In this document: positions 20,464 to 30,673 of the stretch, piece by piece
How positions within the stretch are numbered: the stretch's first letter is position 1
Layout: each line of letters begins with the position of its first letter
Assembly: GCA_963707985.1 (NCBI GenBank)
Contig: CAVPRW010000042.1
Span: 260,555 to 324,554 of the forward strand
DNA: 64,000 nucleotides
DNA from: an uncultured Nitrospinota bacterium
GTDB taxonomy: Bacteria; Tectomicrobia; Entotheonellia; J063; CAVPRW01
Direction of reading: 5' to 3'
Notes under the pieces: generated by a model
Databases searched by the model: none
Told to the model about the DNA's origin: nothing
Seen by the model: only the letters and a program-made list of their open reading frames with translations
Position numbers and translations under genes: made by a program

Positions 20464-23400
20464 TCAAACCCTCCCTGTTGGCTCTGCTGCGCCTATTCGG
20501 GCTAACATAGCCTCCACCTGGGGCAGCCAGAAGGTCATCTCCATGGCGCGGTACAGCTCGATGGCGGTGGACAGTTCGGCACGGGCCTGCTCCCGCTGGC
20601 CGAGTCGTGGCATACAGGGTGCCAAGGCCATGGTGGCAGTGGGCAAGCAGTGGGCGCATGCCGAGCTCCTCGGCCAGGGTGAGGGCCTGTTGGTAGTAGG
20701 TTCCAGCTTCTTCGCCATGCAGTGGATCGCGCTGCGCCGCGATGTCGCCGAGGAGGCGCAGGGCATACGCCTCATGGCCCCGTTCCTGGTGCGCACAGGC
20801 GAGCGCCAGCGCCCGCTCGGCGAGGGCATGCGCCTCCTCCAGGCGACCGGCCAGCATCTGCGCCTCTCCCAGGGAGAGGCTACAGAGCGCCTGAAAGCCT
20901 GCCATTGCCGTGACTGTGGTCTGTTCCATCGCCTGCGTGAGCAGCGGCACAGCGTCGGCGACGCGCCCAACCAGGGTATAGGCTGCGCCCAAGGCTGCAG
21001 CCATCCATGGGAAATAGGCTGGGAGGTCCGCTTCGTGACAGATACCCACGGCCTGTTCGAGCCGGGGGAGGGTCCTGGGCAGGTCGCCTTGGCGCAGGGC
21101 AAGCAGACCGATCGCCCACGAGGCCATCATAAGGCTGCCGGGGTGATCAACCGCTCCTCGGCCATCCGGAGTCGCTTCGTCCCCAGGCACACGGCCCTCG
21201 GCAAACGTCCCCAGTTCGGCATGGCACACGGCGAGAACGGCACAGCAGTGCACGGCGGGCAGGATGACCTGACCGAAGCGCTCGAGGCGCCGCGCCCCGT
21301 CGAGGAACGCCACGGCCTGTCCGAGGCAGTCGATCGCCCGCCGATACTCACCCTGGGCGTGGTAGGCTAAGCCGAGGCGCAGGTTCGCCAGCGCATGCAG
21401 GACGACCTCCCCGCCAGCCGTGGCGAGCGCGAGGACACGCTGGGCGGCGGCAATGGCCTGCTCGTGCTCGCCCATGCGGAAGAAATGGACCGACAGAAAG
21501 TTCGAGACCTGTCCCAGCCGACGCGGGTCGTCGAGGGTCGCTGCGAGGGCATCGGCCTCGCGCAGATAGGCCAGGATACGCCCAAAGTCGCCAGACGGCA
21601 GGAGCGCCGAGCGCAGGGCGAGCCGGAGATCAATGGCCTGCTCACACGTGTCGCGCGTCTCTGGCAGATGCGGGAGGGCGCTGAGCGCCTGCTCGAAGGA
21701 CCCCACGGCCTCGCGGTAGGCCGACCGCGCCAGGGCCTTCTCTCCCGCCTGCCGGAAGTACGCCAGGGCCTTGTCCCACACTTCACCCCGCAGGGCATGG
21801 TGGGCCAGGCGTTCGACCTGCTCGGCCACTCGGTCCCCGGCGAGCGCCTCGAGGGCCTCGACAATGCGGGCATGGAGCACCCGCCGTCGTTCCTGGAGCA
21901 GACTGCCGTAGGCTACTTCGTGGGTGAGGGCGTGCTTGAAGGTGTATTCGTGATCAGGAAAGAGCTGCGTTTCGTACAGGAATTCGGCGGCCTGGAGGTG
22001 CGCAAGACCATGATGTAGCACTGCCTCGGGTAACTCGGCGATGGCCTGCAGCAAGGAGAAGGGCACCTCGGTACCGATGGCCGCGGCCGTCTGGAGCAGC
22101 CTCTTTTCCTCGGACGGCAAACGATCGATACGGGCTGCGAGCACTGCCTGCACCGTGGCGGGTACTTGCAGGCTGTCGAGGGGCTTGACAAGACGATGGG
22201 CACCGGGCTCCCCGACCAGCACCCCGGTCTCCACCAGGGCGCGCACGCTCTCTTCCAGAAAGAAGGGATTGCCCTCAGTCCGTGCGATCAGGAACTGCTT
22301 GAGGGGTTCGAAGCTGGGGTCGTTGCCAAGCAATGCCTGCAAGAGTTCCTCCGCGCTCGCCGGCGGCAGCGGGTCGAGCCGGAGCTGCGTGTAGTAGGTC
22401 TTACCTCCCCAGCCGTGTTGGTATTCAGGGCGATAGTTGACCAGGAGCAGGAGGCGGGCGGTCGGCAGGCTCTCAAGCAGGGTGTCGAGCAGCGCCTGGG
22501 TCTCGGAATCGATCCAGTGGAGATCCTCGAAGACAAGCACGAGAGGCTGTGCCCGGCTTTCCCCCAGGAGGACCCGTTTCAGCGCGTCCAGTGTGCGCTG
22601 GCGCCGCTGCGGCGGATCAAGTTTCTGGAAGGAGCTGTCCTCCGGGAGGGCGTTCAGCAATGAGAGGAGCGCTGGGATGGCTTCATGAAGCGTTTCATCG
22701 AGTGTCAACACCTGCCCCGTCACCCTGGCCCGGATGGTGCGTGCATCGTCGTGCTCCTCGACGTGAGCGTAGCGCTTCAGCAGATCGATGATCGGGAAAT
22801 AGGGAGTGGCTTTGCCATAGGATACCGAGGCGCTCTCCAGCACCAGCCATCCCGCAATACGGTGCGAATGCACGAACTCATACATCAGGCGGGACTTGCC
22901 TACACCGGCCTCCCCCACCACGGCCACCACCTGGCCATTCCCCTCTGCTGACCGCGCCAGCGTCTGGCCCATGGTGTCGATTTCTCGTTCACGCCCCACA
23001 AAGCGCGTCAGGCCACGGGCGACTGAGGCTTGCAAGCGCCCTCGGATAGCGCTGGCGCCGACGAGTTCGAAGACCTCCACGGGCTCTGCCAGGCCTTTCA
23101 CAGGCACCTGGCCCAAGGCATCGACGCGGACCAAGCCCTCCACCAGTCTGAGGGTCGCTGCCGTCATCCGGACGCTGCCCGGCGTCGCCAGTTGTTCCAT
23201 GCGCGCTGCCAGATGCGTCGTCTGACCGACCGCCGAGTAGTCCATGTGCAGGTCGTTGCCGATGGCCCGGACCACCACTTCGCCGGAGTTGAGTCCCACC
23301 CGGATGCGCATTTCAAGGCCATGGGTACGACGCACCTCCTCGGTAGACTCCCGCATGGCGGCCTGCATCGCCAGCGCCGCATAGCAGGCCCGCAGGGCGT

Positions 23401-23919
23401 GATCCTCATGGGCAATCGGCGCGCCGAAGAGGGCCATGATGCCGTCTCCGAGGACTTGGTTCACGGTCCCCTCATAGCGGTGCACGGCTTCCATCATGTG
23501 GCGCAACGCCGGGTCCAACAGCTGCTGGGCGGCCTCTGGGTCGAGATCCCGGATCAACTCGGTGGAGTCTTTGAGGTCGGCGAACAAAATGGTGACCTGC
23601 TTGCGCTCGCCTTCGAGGGCGGCGCGGGATGCCAAAATCTTTTCGGTGAGGTGTGGGGGCGTGTAAGTGAGCGGAGCCTGGTCCAGGGCATGCCCTGGCG
23701 GGCAATGCGGGCGGTGGCATCGCCTCTGAGGCGACCAGTCCAGACCAGGACGCGGCCATCCTCATCCACCGCCAGTTGCTTGGCATAGATCAGGTCCTCT
23801 TTCAGATCTTCCAGGTCATTATCATCCAGACCAAAGCGCCGCTTGAGCACCCGGTACGACAGGCGCTTCTCCCGTTGCAGGAGATCGAGGACTTGAAGGA
23901 AGACCTCATCGTAGTCCAT
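20464..23919 (-). CDS. Class III adenylate/guanylate cyclase-AAA ATPase-TPR protein (frameshifts ~23690, ~21160, ~20600)
   Basis: ERKQVTILFADLKDST, GDGIMALFGAP, GEAGVGKSRL, EDLHWID, GNPFFLEE, FKHALT; true N- and C-termini lie in ORFs 23554 and 20464. Confidence 0.88.
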
Positions 23920-23984
23920 CGCTCACTCCCGACCTATGCCAGCCGGTGGACCATCGCCGTTACCACTTGGAGGTTGCTTCTCGA

Positions 23985-25208
23985 TTACTGAGCCCTGCCA
24001 TCACTCCACGGCGTGGAGGTCAGCCGGAAGAAGCGCGCGGCATTCTGCCACATCAGCTTCTGCATCGCCTGCTCGCTCAACACCTCTCGCCAGGCGATGA
24101 CGGCATCGGCGTGGTCCGGGAAGATGGTCTCCGGATGGGGATAGTCCGAGGCAAACATGAGCGCCTGATCGCCCATCAAGTCGATCACCGCCTTGGTCAT
24201 GGCCACCCCTTCGGAGAGGTCGATGCTACAGAAGACACGGCCCATCTGGGCGTACTCGACCGGCGTGTGCTTCAGGGTGGGCGATACCGAGCCGCGCACG
24301 TAATCGATTTGCCTGGTCAAGCGCTGTAGCCAATGTGGCAGCCAGCCGTGGCCGCTCTCCAGGGCGGCAATGCGCAGATTGGGGTAGCGATCGAGCATGC
24401 CACCCATGAGCATGAAGGAGAGGAAGCGCTGGCCGCCCCAGGTTTGGCCGGCGCAGCGGCCCATGGCAGGGTTGTCCCAGACGTCACGGTAGCCAGGGAA
24501 GTATGGCGTTTCGATGGTGAAGGCATGATACATGATAGGGAGATCGGCCTCGTTGGCGGCGGCCCAAATGGGCTCCAGGTCGGGATCGTCCACCGGCAAG
24601 CCTTCCGGCAACAGGGGCCAGACCGCCGCCACCCAGTCTTCTTGGGCATGTTCTTTAATGACCTGCGCGCTCCAGGCCGGATCAGTGGCCGGGGCTAGAA
24701 TCATACTCTTCAGACGGCGGGTATCCGCGGAACAGTAGTCCGCCATATAGCGGTGATAGGCGCGTACCAGGCCCCTGGTCAGATGCAGGTCCAGGGCGGC
24801 AGCGCCATAAGCCCAGGTCCCCGGAATAATGAAGTCGATATCCCGGCCTTCAGTGTCCATATCTTGCAGACGGCCACGAGCATTATCCTCTGCAACGCGG
24901 GGAGTGAGGGGTTTACGCGTCACCATCTGCGTGCGCCCAGATAAAAAGCCGCGGTCGCCGCCCACCTCTTGGGCGGGGGCTAACTTTTCGCCGGCCACAC
25001 GCTGCAGACGGAGCGGCTTGACCGAGAGGATTGTGTAGGAATCCTGGTCTTCGGCATCGCCCTGGCCGGGACGCGGCTTGACTGTTCGCATGTACGGTTT
25101 GAGGTCGTCCATGCGGTCGCGCAGGTCTTGATCGGCATAGCGCCGCAACACATCGAACGACGGGTTGACGTGCGTGTCCGAATCGATCACTCGAAAGCCC
25201 TGTCTCAT
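23985..25208 (-). CDS. Amidohydrolase family 2 (metal-dependent hydrolase/decarboxylase)
   Basis: IDSDTH, PIMYH, LESGHGWLP, MFASDYPH. Confidence 0.9.
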   Translation of the reverse strand: MRQGFRVIDSDTHVNPSFDVLRRYADQDLRDRMDDLKPYMRTVKPRPGQGDAEDQDSYTILSVKPLRLQRVAGEKLAPAQEVGGDRGFLSGRTQMVTRKPLTPRVAEDNARGRLQDMDTEGRDIDFIIPGTWAYGAAALDLHLTRGLVRAYHRYMADYCSADTRRLKSMILAPATDPAWSAQVIKEHAQEDWVAAVWPLLPEGLPVDDPDLEPIWAAANEADLPIMYHAFTIETPYFPGYRDVWDNPAMGRCAGQTWGGQRFLSFMLMGGMLDRYPNLRIAALESGHGWLPHWLQRLTRQIDYVRGSVSPTLKHTPVEYAQMGRVFCSIDLSEGVAMTKAVIDLMGDQALMFASDYPHPETIFPDHADAVIAWREVLSEQAMQKLMWQNAARFFRLTSTPWSDGRAQ

Positions 25209-25248
25209 GGGGTCCCCCTTTACTCGTACCCGCTGTACAATTTTTACA

Positions 25249-25385
25249 CCCTCTCCCCGCGGGAGAGGGCAGGGGTGAGGGAAATCCCACCCCTCGATCA
25301 TGCCTTGCTGCCCTCACCCTACCCCTCTCCCAGAGGGCGAGGGGACGAAAAACCTACCCCAGAAAGCTCTCCCAATGGGAGGGGG
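25249..25385. repeat. Cluster of three REP-like CCCTCTCCC/GGGAGAGGG palindromes
   Basis: CCCTCTCCCCGCGGGAGAGGG, CCCCTCTCCCAGAGGGCGAGGGG, CTCTCCCAATGGGAGGGG. Confidence 0.75.
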
Positions 25386-25512
25386 AACTGGAAGGCTCCT
25401 CCTGGGCCACCTTGACCCCTAAACTTGGCGCCTATACCCGCTCTGAGAGCGAACGGGACGTGAAGTTTCCTTCCCAACGGCTAAGGCCTCCTGCCACATG
25501 CCTCGTGAGCCA

Positions 25513-27229
25513 CTAATGCGTATCGAACACCGACTGATACTCGGCTAACTTCGCCTGCACGGCCTCCAACTCGGCCGGCGTTGGATGTGCAGGGTCGGCC
25601 GCCGGCGGCAAGCTCCCGAACCGCAGCAGACAGGCCATCAGCAGCAGGCGTGCCTTGGTCGCCGTCAGATTACTGCCGGCGATGGCCAGCGGCGCGCGGG
25701 CGGGGTCCACGATGCCCTCGGCGTTCCCACGTCCCACCTTGACGACCGGCATGCCGCTCAGCGTGGCCTGTTTCAGGGCCGCCTCCACGGCGTTGCTCAT
25801 CGAGGCGAACGGCGCTGAGCCTTCGGCCACAAAGCCTGCCAGTGGGGCTTCGCGCAGGTTCTTGTCGATGCGAGCCAGAATATCCACCTCTGCCGCCGGG
25901 TCGCCCGATGTGTCTTCAGGCAGGTAGCGGGCGTGCTTCACAATGGTCACCTTGGGAATCGCTGTGCCCAACAGCTCCCCTTGAGCGTCCTTGATGCGTA
26001 CCGAAACCCTGCTGAGTCTGCCATCGACGCCCTGCGTCCCTTCCACGGACTCCGGGAGCCGACTAAGGTTGACGGCCGAGGTGTGTGTATGCCGCTTTGC
26101 CGGCCTGAAGGTCAGAGTCGGGGGGCCAGGTTGCCCCATACTCCCCACAATGCCTCCATGCCCTCCCGTCGCCACGTAGCCGCCGGGGCGGGCGTCGGCC
26201 TTCTGGACTTCTCGCGCCGTGAAGATCTGCTCGTCCTGAATGACGACGACACCAACGCTGTCACGGCCGCTGTCGTCCGCCCAGATACGCGACAGCGATG
26301 TAGTCGACCGCATCAATGATATTGCGGTCGCCATCATTGCTGACGGCGCCGTGCGCCCGCTGCGAGGCATTGCCCACGATCACCACGGTGGTATCGATGA
26401 GCAGGTTCAGCCAATAGCTGGTCTCCTCCACGAAGGGGCTGCCTTCGAGCCAGATGGCACCGGCGTATTGTCCATTGGCGAGTGCCCGCTGGACCACGTT
26501 GGTCAGGCGCGCCAGGCTGGGCATTGGCGGTTCCCTGCGGAGGTGGGCGGGGCGATAGGGGAAGAAATCCTGGCCCAGCCGTTCCGGCATAATGTCGCCC
26601 ACCCCCATGTCGGTGCGCGCAAACGCCGGTAGTCCCTGAGAATAGCCGCCTGAAGGGACAGCGCGATAAAAGTCATAGAGCGCTTTGGAGGAAAGGAGGT
26701 TCGCGACTCCTTCATCGCCGATTCCCAGGCGGTCGATCTCTTCAAACAAGCGCGAGGCATCGGGATAGAAGGGCTGTCGGCATTGCTCTGCCGGTGCCAA
26801 CGGCGACGTGCCATCATCTTCCCAGGCTTGGCCACTGGCCTGTCGGGCCATATAGGGTAGCGGGTAGAGCCCATCCTCCGGCCGCAGGGTGACCTCGTAT
26901 ACGGGGGTGTCGTGCGGCCCCTGGCGCTCGTTGTGGAACACGCCGGAGGCATCGAGGTAGCCGTCGGGTGGGGCATACAGCTCGGCGGCGTCGCGCTCCA
27001 GGGGATGGGCGCTGAATTGTTCGACATAAATCGTCACCGGGGCCGCCAGGCGCTGAGGGCGAAGCGCGTCAAATCGCATCGGGCTGCCGTCCGGATTGGT
27101 GCGCAGAGGTAACGCATACTTTTCCCGCGCCTTGTTGCTGGTAACGAGTGGTTCGCTGTTCTGGATCGTGGCCGTCGGCCCAGAAAACACGGCAATCTTC
27201 GGTTTTGCTGAGGTTGGGTTCTCCGTCAT
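25513..27229 (-). CDS. Divergent asparaginase/glutaminase-domain protein (frameshift ~26290)
   Basis: GAIWLEGSPFVEETSYWLNL, SNDGDRNI, AREVQK, NL.ATKARLLLMACL. Confidence 0.75.
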
Positions 27230-27476
27230 ACTATGCCCTCGCTCACATCATATCCATTCCCCATGGACCTCGAATCGCCTGCCATCGTTCCTGAGGGCGC
27301 GCGTCCGGTCGTACGCTAGAGAGTTTGTCACATGCGTCTGGGATGCCCTCGATTCACCCCACCGTCCCTAAAAATGCTTTAGCTGCTTGGAGGTCGACCA
27401 TATCATGCCCCTATGTGAACCAGCAGTCGGCGCTCAGTGCCGGTTTGCCGCCTGCTGGTGCAGGCGGCAACCTGTG

Positions 27477-28403
27477 CTAATCATCGGCTGACGTCGCCGC
27501 GGCCTCGGGAAGACGGTTGTCCACCAAGTCGGCGGAACAGGCAGCGCCGGTGAGCAAGCCCCAGCGTACCATCCAGTGGTAGGTGTCCTCCACGATCTCG
27601 TCGGTATACGGCGTGGTGTACGAGTATCGCAGGCGGGGGAGGTGAAAATCTTCCGGAGTGAGACCACCATACTGGGCCAGGGCCGCGGCATGGCGTGGAT
27701 CATCGATGAGATAGTGCAGATACTTGCGCTTGTCGGCGTTCAACATGTCCACGGCTTTGGCGACGGCCCGGTTAATGGCGGCAAAAGTGGCCTCGTCCAT
27801 GTCGTCGCTGGCGTTTTCGGCGCCCAGGTAATGCCCCTCACAGACAGCCTTGCAACCCAGCTTTTCTCCCAGGGCTATCCAGGGTTCCATCACCACACAG
27901 GCGTCGACTTCACCGTTCCACATCGCCTCGAAGCGCTGCTGCGGTGAGCCGTAGTGGACCAATTTAATCTTTTCGCTGGGAAGGTAACCCTCGAGCAACC
28001 GGAGGGCCACATAATGCGAACCAGCATGAAACTGCACGGCAATCGGTCTATTTCCCAGCGTCCCGGGATAGTTGTGCGGCGAGTCCGGACGTACCATAAT
28101 CGCCTGGCTCACCACCGCCGAACGGAGGGCAATGATCTTCGCTCCCTGCTTGCTCTCAAAGGCCCGCCGGACCTGTCCTTCTTCTCAGGCCCGATAAATG
28201 GACACGCGGGCTTCCTCGAAGGCCACATGGCCCAAGATCGGGTTAACCTCTGAGGGGTCTTCCGTATGCGACACCACACCACTCGGGCGGGCACGGACGA
28301 ACTCCATATCAATACCTTCAGCCTCAAAGAACCCATGATCCTTGGCAATCAGCCAGGGCAGACTGAACACGGTGCCACTGATTTCACTCACGACTTTTTT
28401 CAT
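27477..28403 (-). CDS. NMT1/THI5/SsuA-fold protein, predicted selenoprotein (TGA at 28187-28185 = Sec73), 308 aa
   Basis: ORFs 28185..28646 and 27477..28115 share one frame, separated only by a TGA: ..SIYRA-TGA-EEGQVRRAFESKQGAKIIALRSAVVSQAI..; GAGGGAG RBS before ATG 28403; downstream hairpin. Confidence 0.75.
28160..28174 (-). promoter_or_regulatory. SECIS-like hairpin
   Basis: AGGUCC-GGC-GGGCCU at +11..+25 after the UGA; G-initiated loop after 16 nt. Confidence 0.55.
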
Positions 28404-28459
28404 CGTTGCTCCCTCTTTGTCGGTTTCCGGTACAATAGTTGTATCTGTGGGCTCCCATC

Positions 28460-29530
28460 TCAGGCAAATGCTGGAATCACCTCTTCCCCGAACAGCTTGA
28501 GAGACTTCAACGACTGCTCCAAGGGCATTCCCCCAAATCGATGATTGGCACAAAAGACATCGTATCCACAACGTGCTTGTTGTTCCACCAGCTTGCGTCG
28601 GACCGTCTCGGGGTTTCCGACCACGGCGACGCCGCTGTCGATCCACCAGTCATACGAGGCTCTTTGCTCCCGTGTGCCGCGGGCGCGCGCGCTCCGGACG
28701 ACTGTATCGGGGTTGCCTTTGAAACCGACACGGGTCCTGGTGATCGGTTCGATACCCAGTCGATCGGCCCTCAGGATTGGAGGCTCCGCCTCGGCCCTGG
28801 CGATCTCGTCAGTCTCCGCCACGTGCACCGCGCGCATCAGGAAGGTGTGAGGCATGGGTCCTGTATGCCCGCACTCGCGCCAGAGACTCCGGTACAGCTC
28901 AAACTTTTCGGCAATCACCTCGTCCACATCCAGGTTCTGCGACACGTGGAAGTTATGCCGCGCCGCATACTCAAGAGACGTGGGACTATGAGCGGCAAAC
29001 CACACGGGAGGATGGGGCTTTTGATAGGGTTTCGGCACGGGCAGGGCCTCATCGAACTGCCAGTACTTTCCCGCATAGGTGACACTCTCCTCCGTCCACG
29101 CCTTGAGGATGATTTCTAACGCCTCAGTGGACATCTCCCGGCGCTCATCGTATGGGATGCTCCAGCGCATGAACTCGTGCTCGAGCGTCCCAAGGCCGGC
29201 TCCAAACTCCAGTCGGCCATGGGACAGATGGTCAAGCATAGCCGCCTCTTGCGCCAGGCGCATGGGGTTGTGAAAGGGCAACTGATAGATCATCACGCCC
29301 AGGCGGATACGGGTCGTCTCTCTGGCCACCGCGGTCAGGTAGACACTGGGAGCGGTGATCTGTCCCACCGGGGAATTCTGATGTTCGATGATGAAATAGT
29401 ATCGGTAACCCAACTCCTCGGCCTGTTGGACCTCACGGATGTGTTGCTCATAGATGTCAGCCTGCACAGGAAAGCTCGCCACTTCGTATGCACCGAAGGC
29501 ATCCCAGATTCCGAACGCTAGTGTTGACAT
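28460..29530 (-). CDS. LLM-class flavin (possibly F420)-dependent oxidoreductase
   Basis: AEELGY..YFIIEH, NPMRLAQEAAMLDHLSHGRLEFGAG, PKPYQKPHPPVW. Confidence 0.92.
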   Translation of the reverse strand: MSTLAFGIWDAFGAYEVASFPVQADIYEQHIREVQQAEELGYRYYFIIEHQNSPVGQITAPSVYLTAVARETTRIRLGVMIYQLPFHNPMRLAQEAAMLDHLSHGRLEFGAGLGTLEHEFMRWSIPYDERREMSTEALEIILKAWTEESVTYAGKYWQFDEALPVPKPYQKPHPPVWFAAHSPTSLEYAARHNFHVSQNLDVDEVIAEKFELYRSLWRECGHTGPMPHTFLMRAVHVAETDEIARAEAEPPILRADRLGIEPITRTRVGFKGNPDTVVRSARARGTREQRASYDWWIDSGVAVVGNPETVRRKLVEQQARCGYDVFCANHRFGGMPLEQSLKSLKLFGEEVIPAFA

Positions 29531-29693
29531 GCGCGGTTCTCCTCTGCCATCACGGCGTGCATATGCCAGCAGGTTCTCCTGTATCCAGCGCTTCGCCTCA
29601 ACTCACGGCCAGGCGAGGCGACCTCCTGGCCGTGCCAGAGAGACCGCACAGGCAAGACAGTGGAACCCGAAGACCTCATCTAAATCTAATGGT

Positions 29694-30224
29694 CTAGCTG
29701 GCGGCTCCAACGGGCAGCTTAGCACCCTGGAAGGGGCCTACCGTCGCTTCGAAAGATTTGGAGAACTCCAAGATCTCCTGGTTCGACTGCTTCTCAAGGT
29801 CGATGGGCCGACTAAAGCCTTGTCGGACGTTATACCCCGTCTTGTAATAGACCTCGCCGACGTTATCCTCTGGGTCAAGGAAATAGATGCTTACCGAAAT
29901 GCCGTGTGTAACGGTCCTAAGGATGCGTGTGTCTTCTGTCTGGAACCGACGATATAAGTTCCGCAATTCATCCAGGTTCGACACGATAAACGACATCTGC
30001 CCTAACCCCTGGGTTTTTGGCCTGGCGCCATCAGGATGATCTGGGCCCCTCGCCTGCCCCAAGTTCAATTCATGGTGCTCGTACTCGGGGTTGGCGCTCA
30101 GGAAACAGCTGCCGCGCTGTGGGTCTTCGTCAGTGATCGTTAGACCGATGACGCGGGTGTAAAAGTCACGCATCTTCATGAGGTCATCACAGATAATCCC
30201 TACATGTCCTAATCCCATGACCAT
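29694..30224 (-). CDS. VOC-family protein (extradiol dioxygenase/glyoxalase-like)
   Basis: GLGHVGI, FYTRVIGL, EHHEL, THG...SIYFLDPEDN.GE. Confidence 0.85.
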   Translation of the reverse strand: MVMGLGHVGIICDDLMKMRDFYTRVIGLTITDEDPQRGSCFLSANPEYEHHELNLGQARGPDHPDGARPKTQGLGQMSFIVSNLDELRNLYRRFQTEDTRILRTVTHGISVSIYFLDPEDNVGEVYYKTGYNVRQGFSRPIDLEKQSNQEILEFSKSFEATVGPFQGAKLPVGAAS

Positions 30225-30540
30225 AGCCCTGCTCCTCTCTCAAACGCCCCTACCCTGGTTGCACTTTGTCACACATGGTAGCACCGCAAGTGCCACGACG
30301 TGCATGTAGAGCAATGCCGCTCCAACCCGATCATAACACGTTGAGAGAAAAATAAAAGCCCCCGCGCTCCAGCTGAGTGGGAGCCTAACCCTGAGTATCT
30401 CGGATCTTGTCGATATGCCACTCATGCGTTCCATTATCGATGATTTGGTAGGTCTCGACATAGCTCTGGTCACATACTCCCCCAAATCACACAAAAACAA
30501 TCAACGAAAACAATTTGATATGGAAAATGAGTCAAGACTA

Positions 30541-30569
30541 TTGACACCGTCACATCGTAGTAGAACAAT
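30541..30569 (+). promoter_or_regulatory. Sigma70-like promoter, module copy 1
   Basis: TTGACA-N17-AACAAT; equivalent site retained in copy 2. Confidence 0.5.
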
Positions 30570-30673
30570 AGCGTTTGATCATTCTCCCAAAAGTCTCGAA
30601 GGTCGCAACCTGTTTGGAAAGTATGCAGAAAGATTCTTGGCGCATCGAACCTTTTCTGACAGGAGGTGCTGCA

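Noticed and set aside
20156..23635. Apparent cyclase-AAA-TPR::HicB fusion (1159 aa)
   Set aside because: A frameshift near 20600 diverts the frame. The normal C-terminus (AELSTAIELYRAMEMTFWLPQ) is in ORF 20464, and hicB has its own RBS and ATG at 20389.
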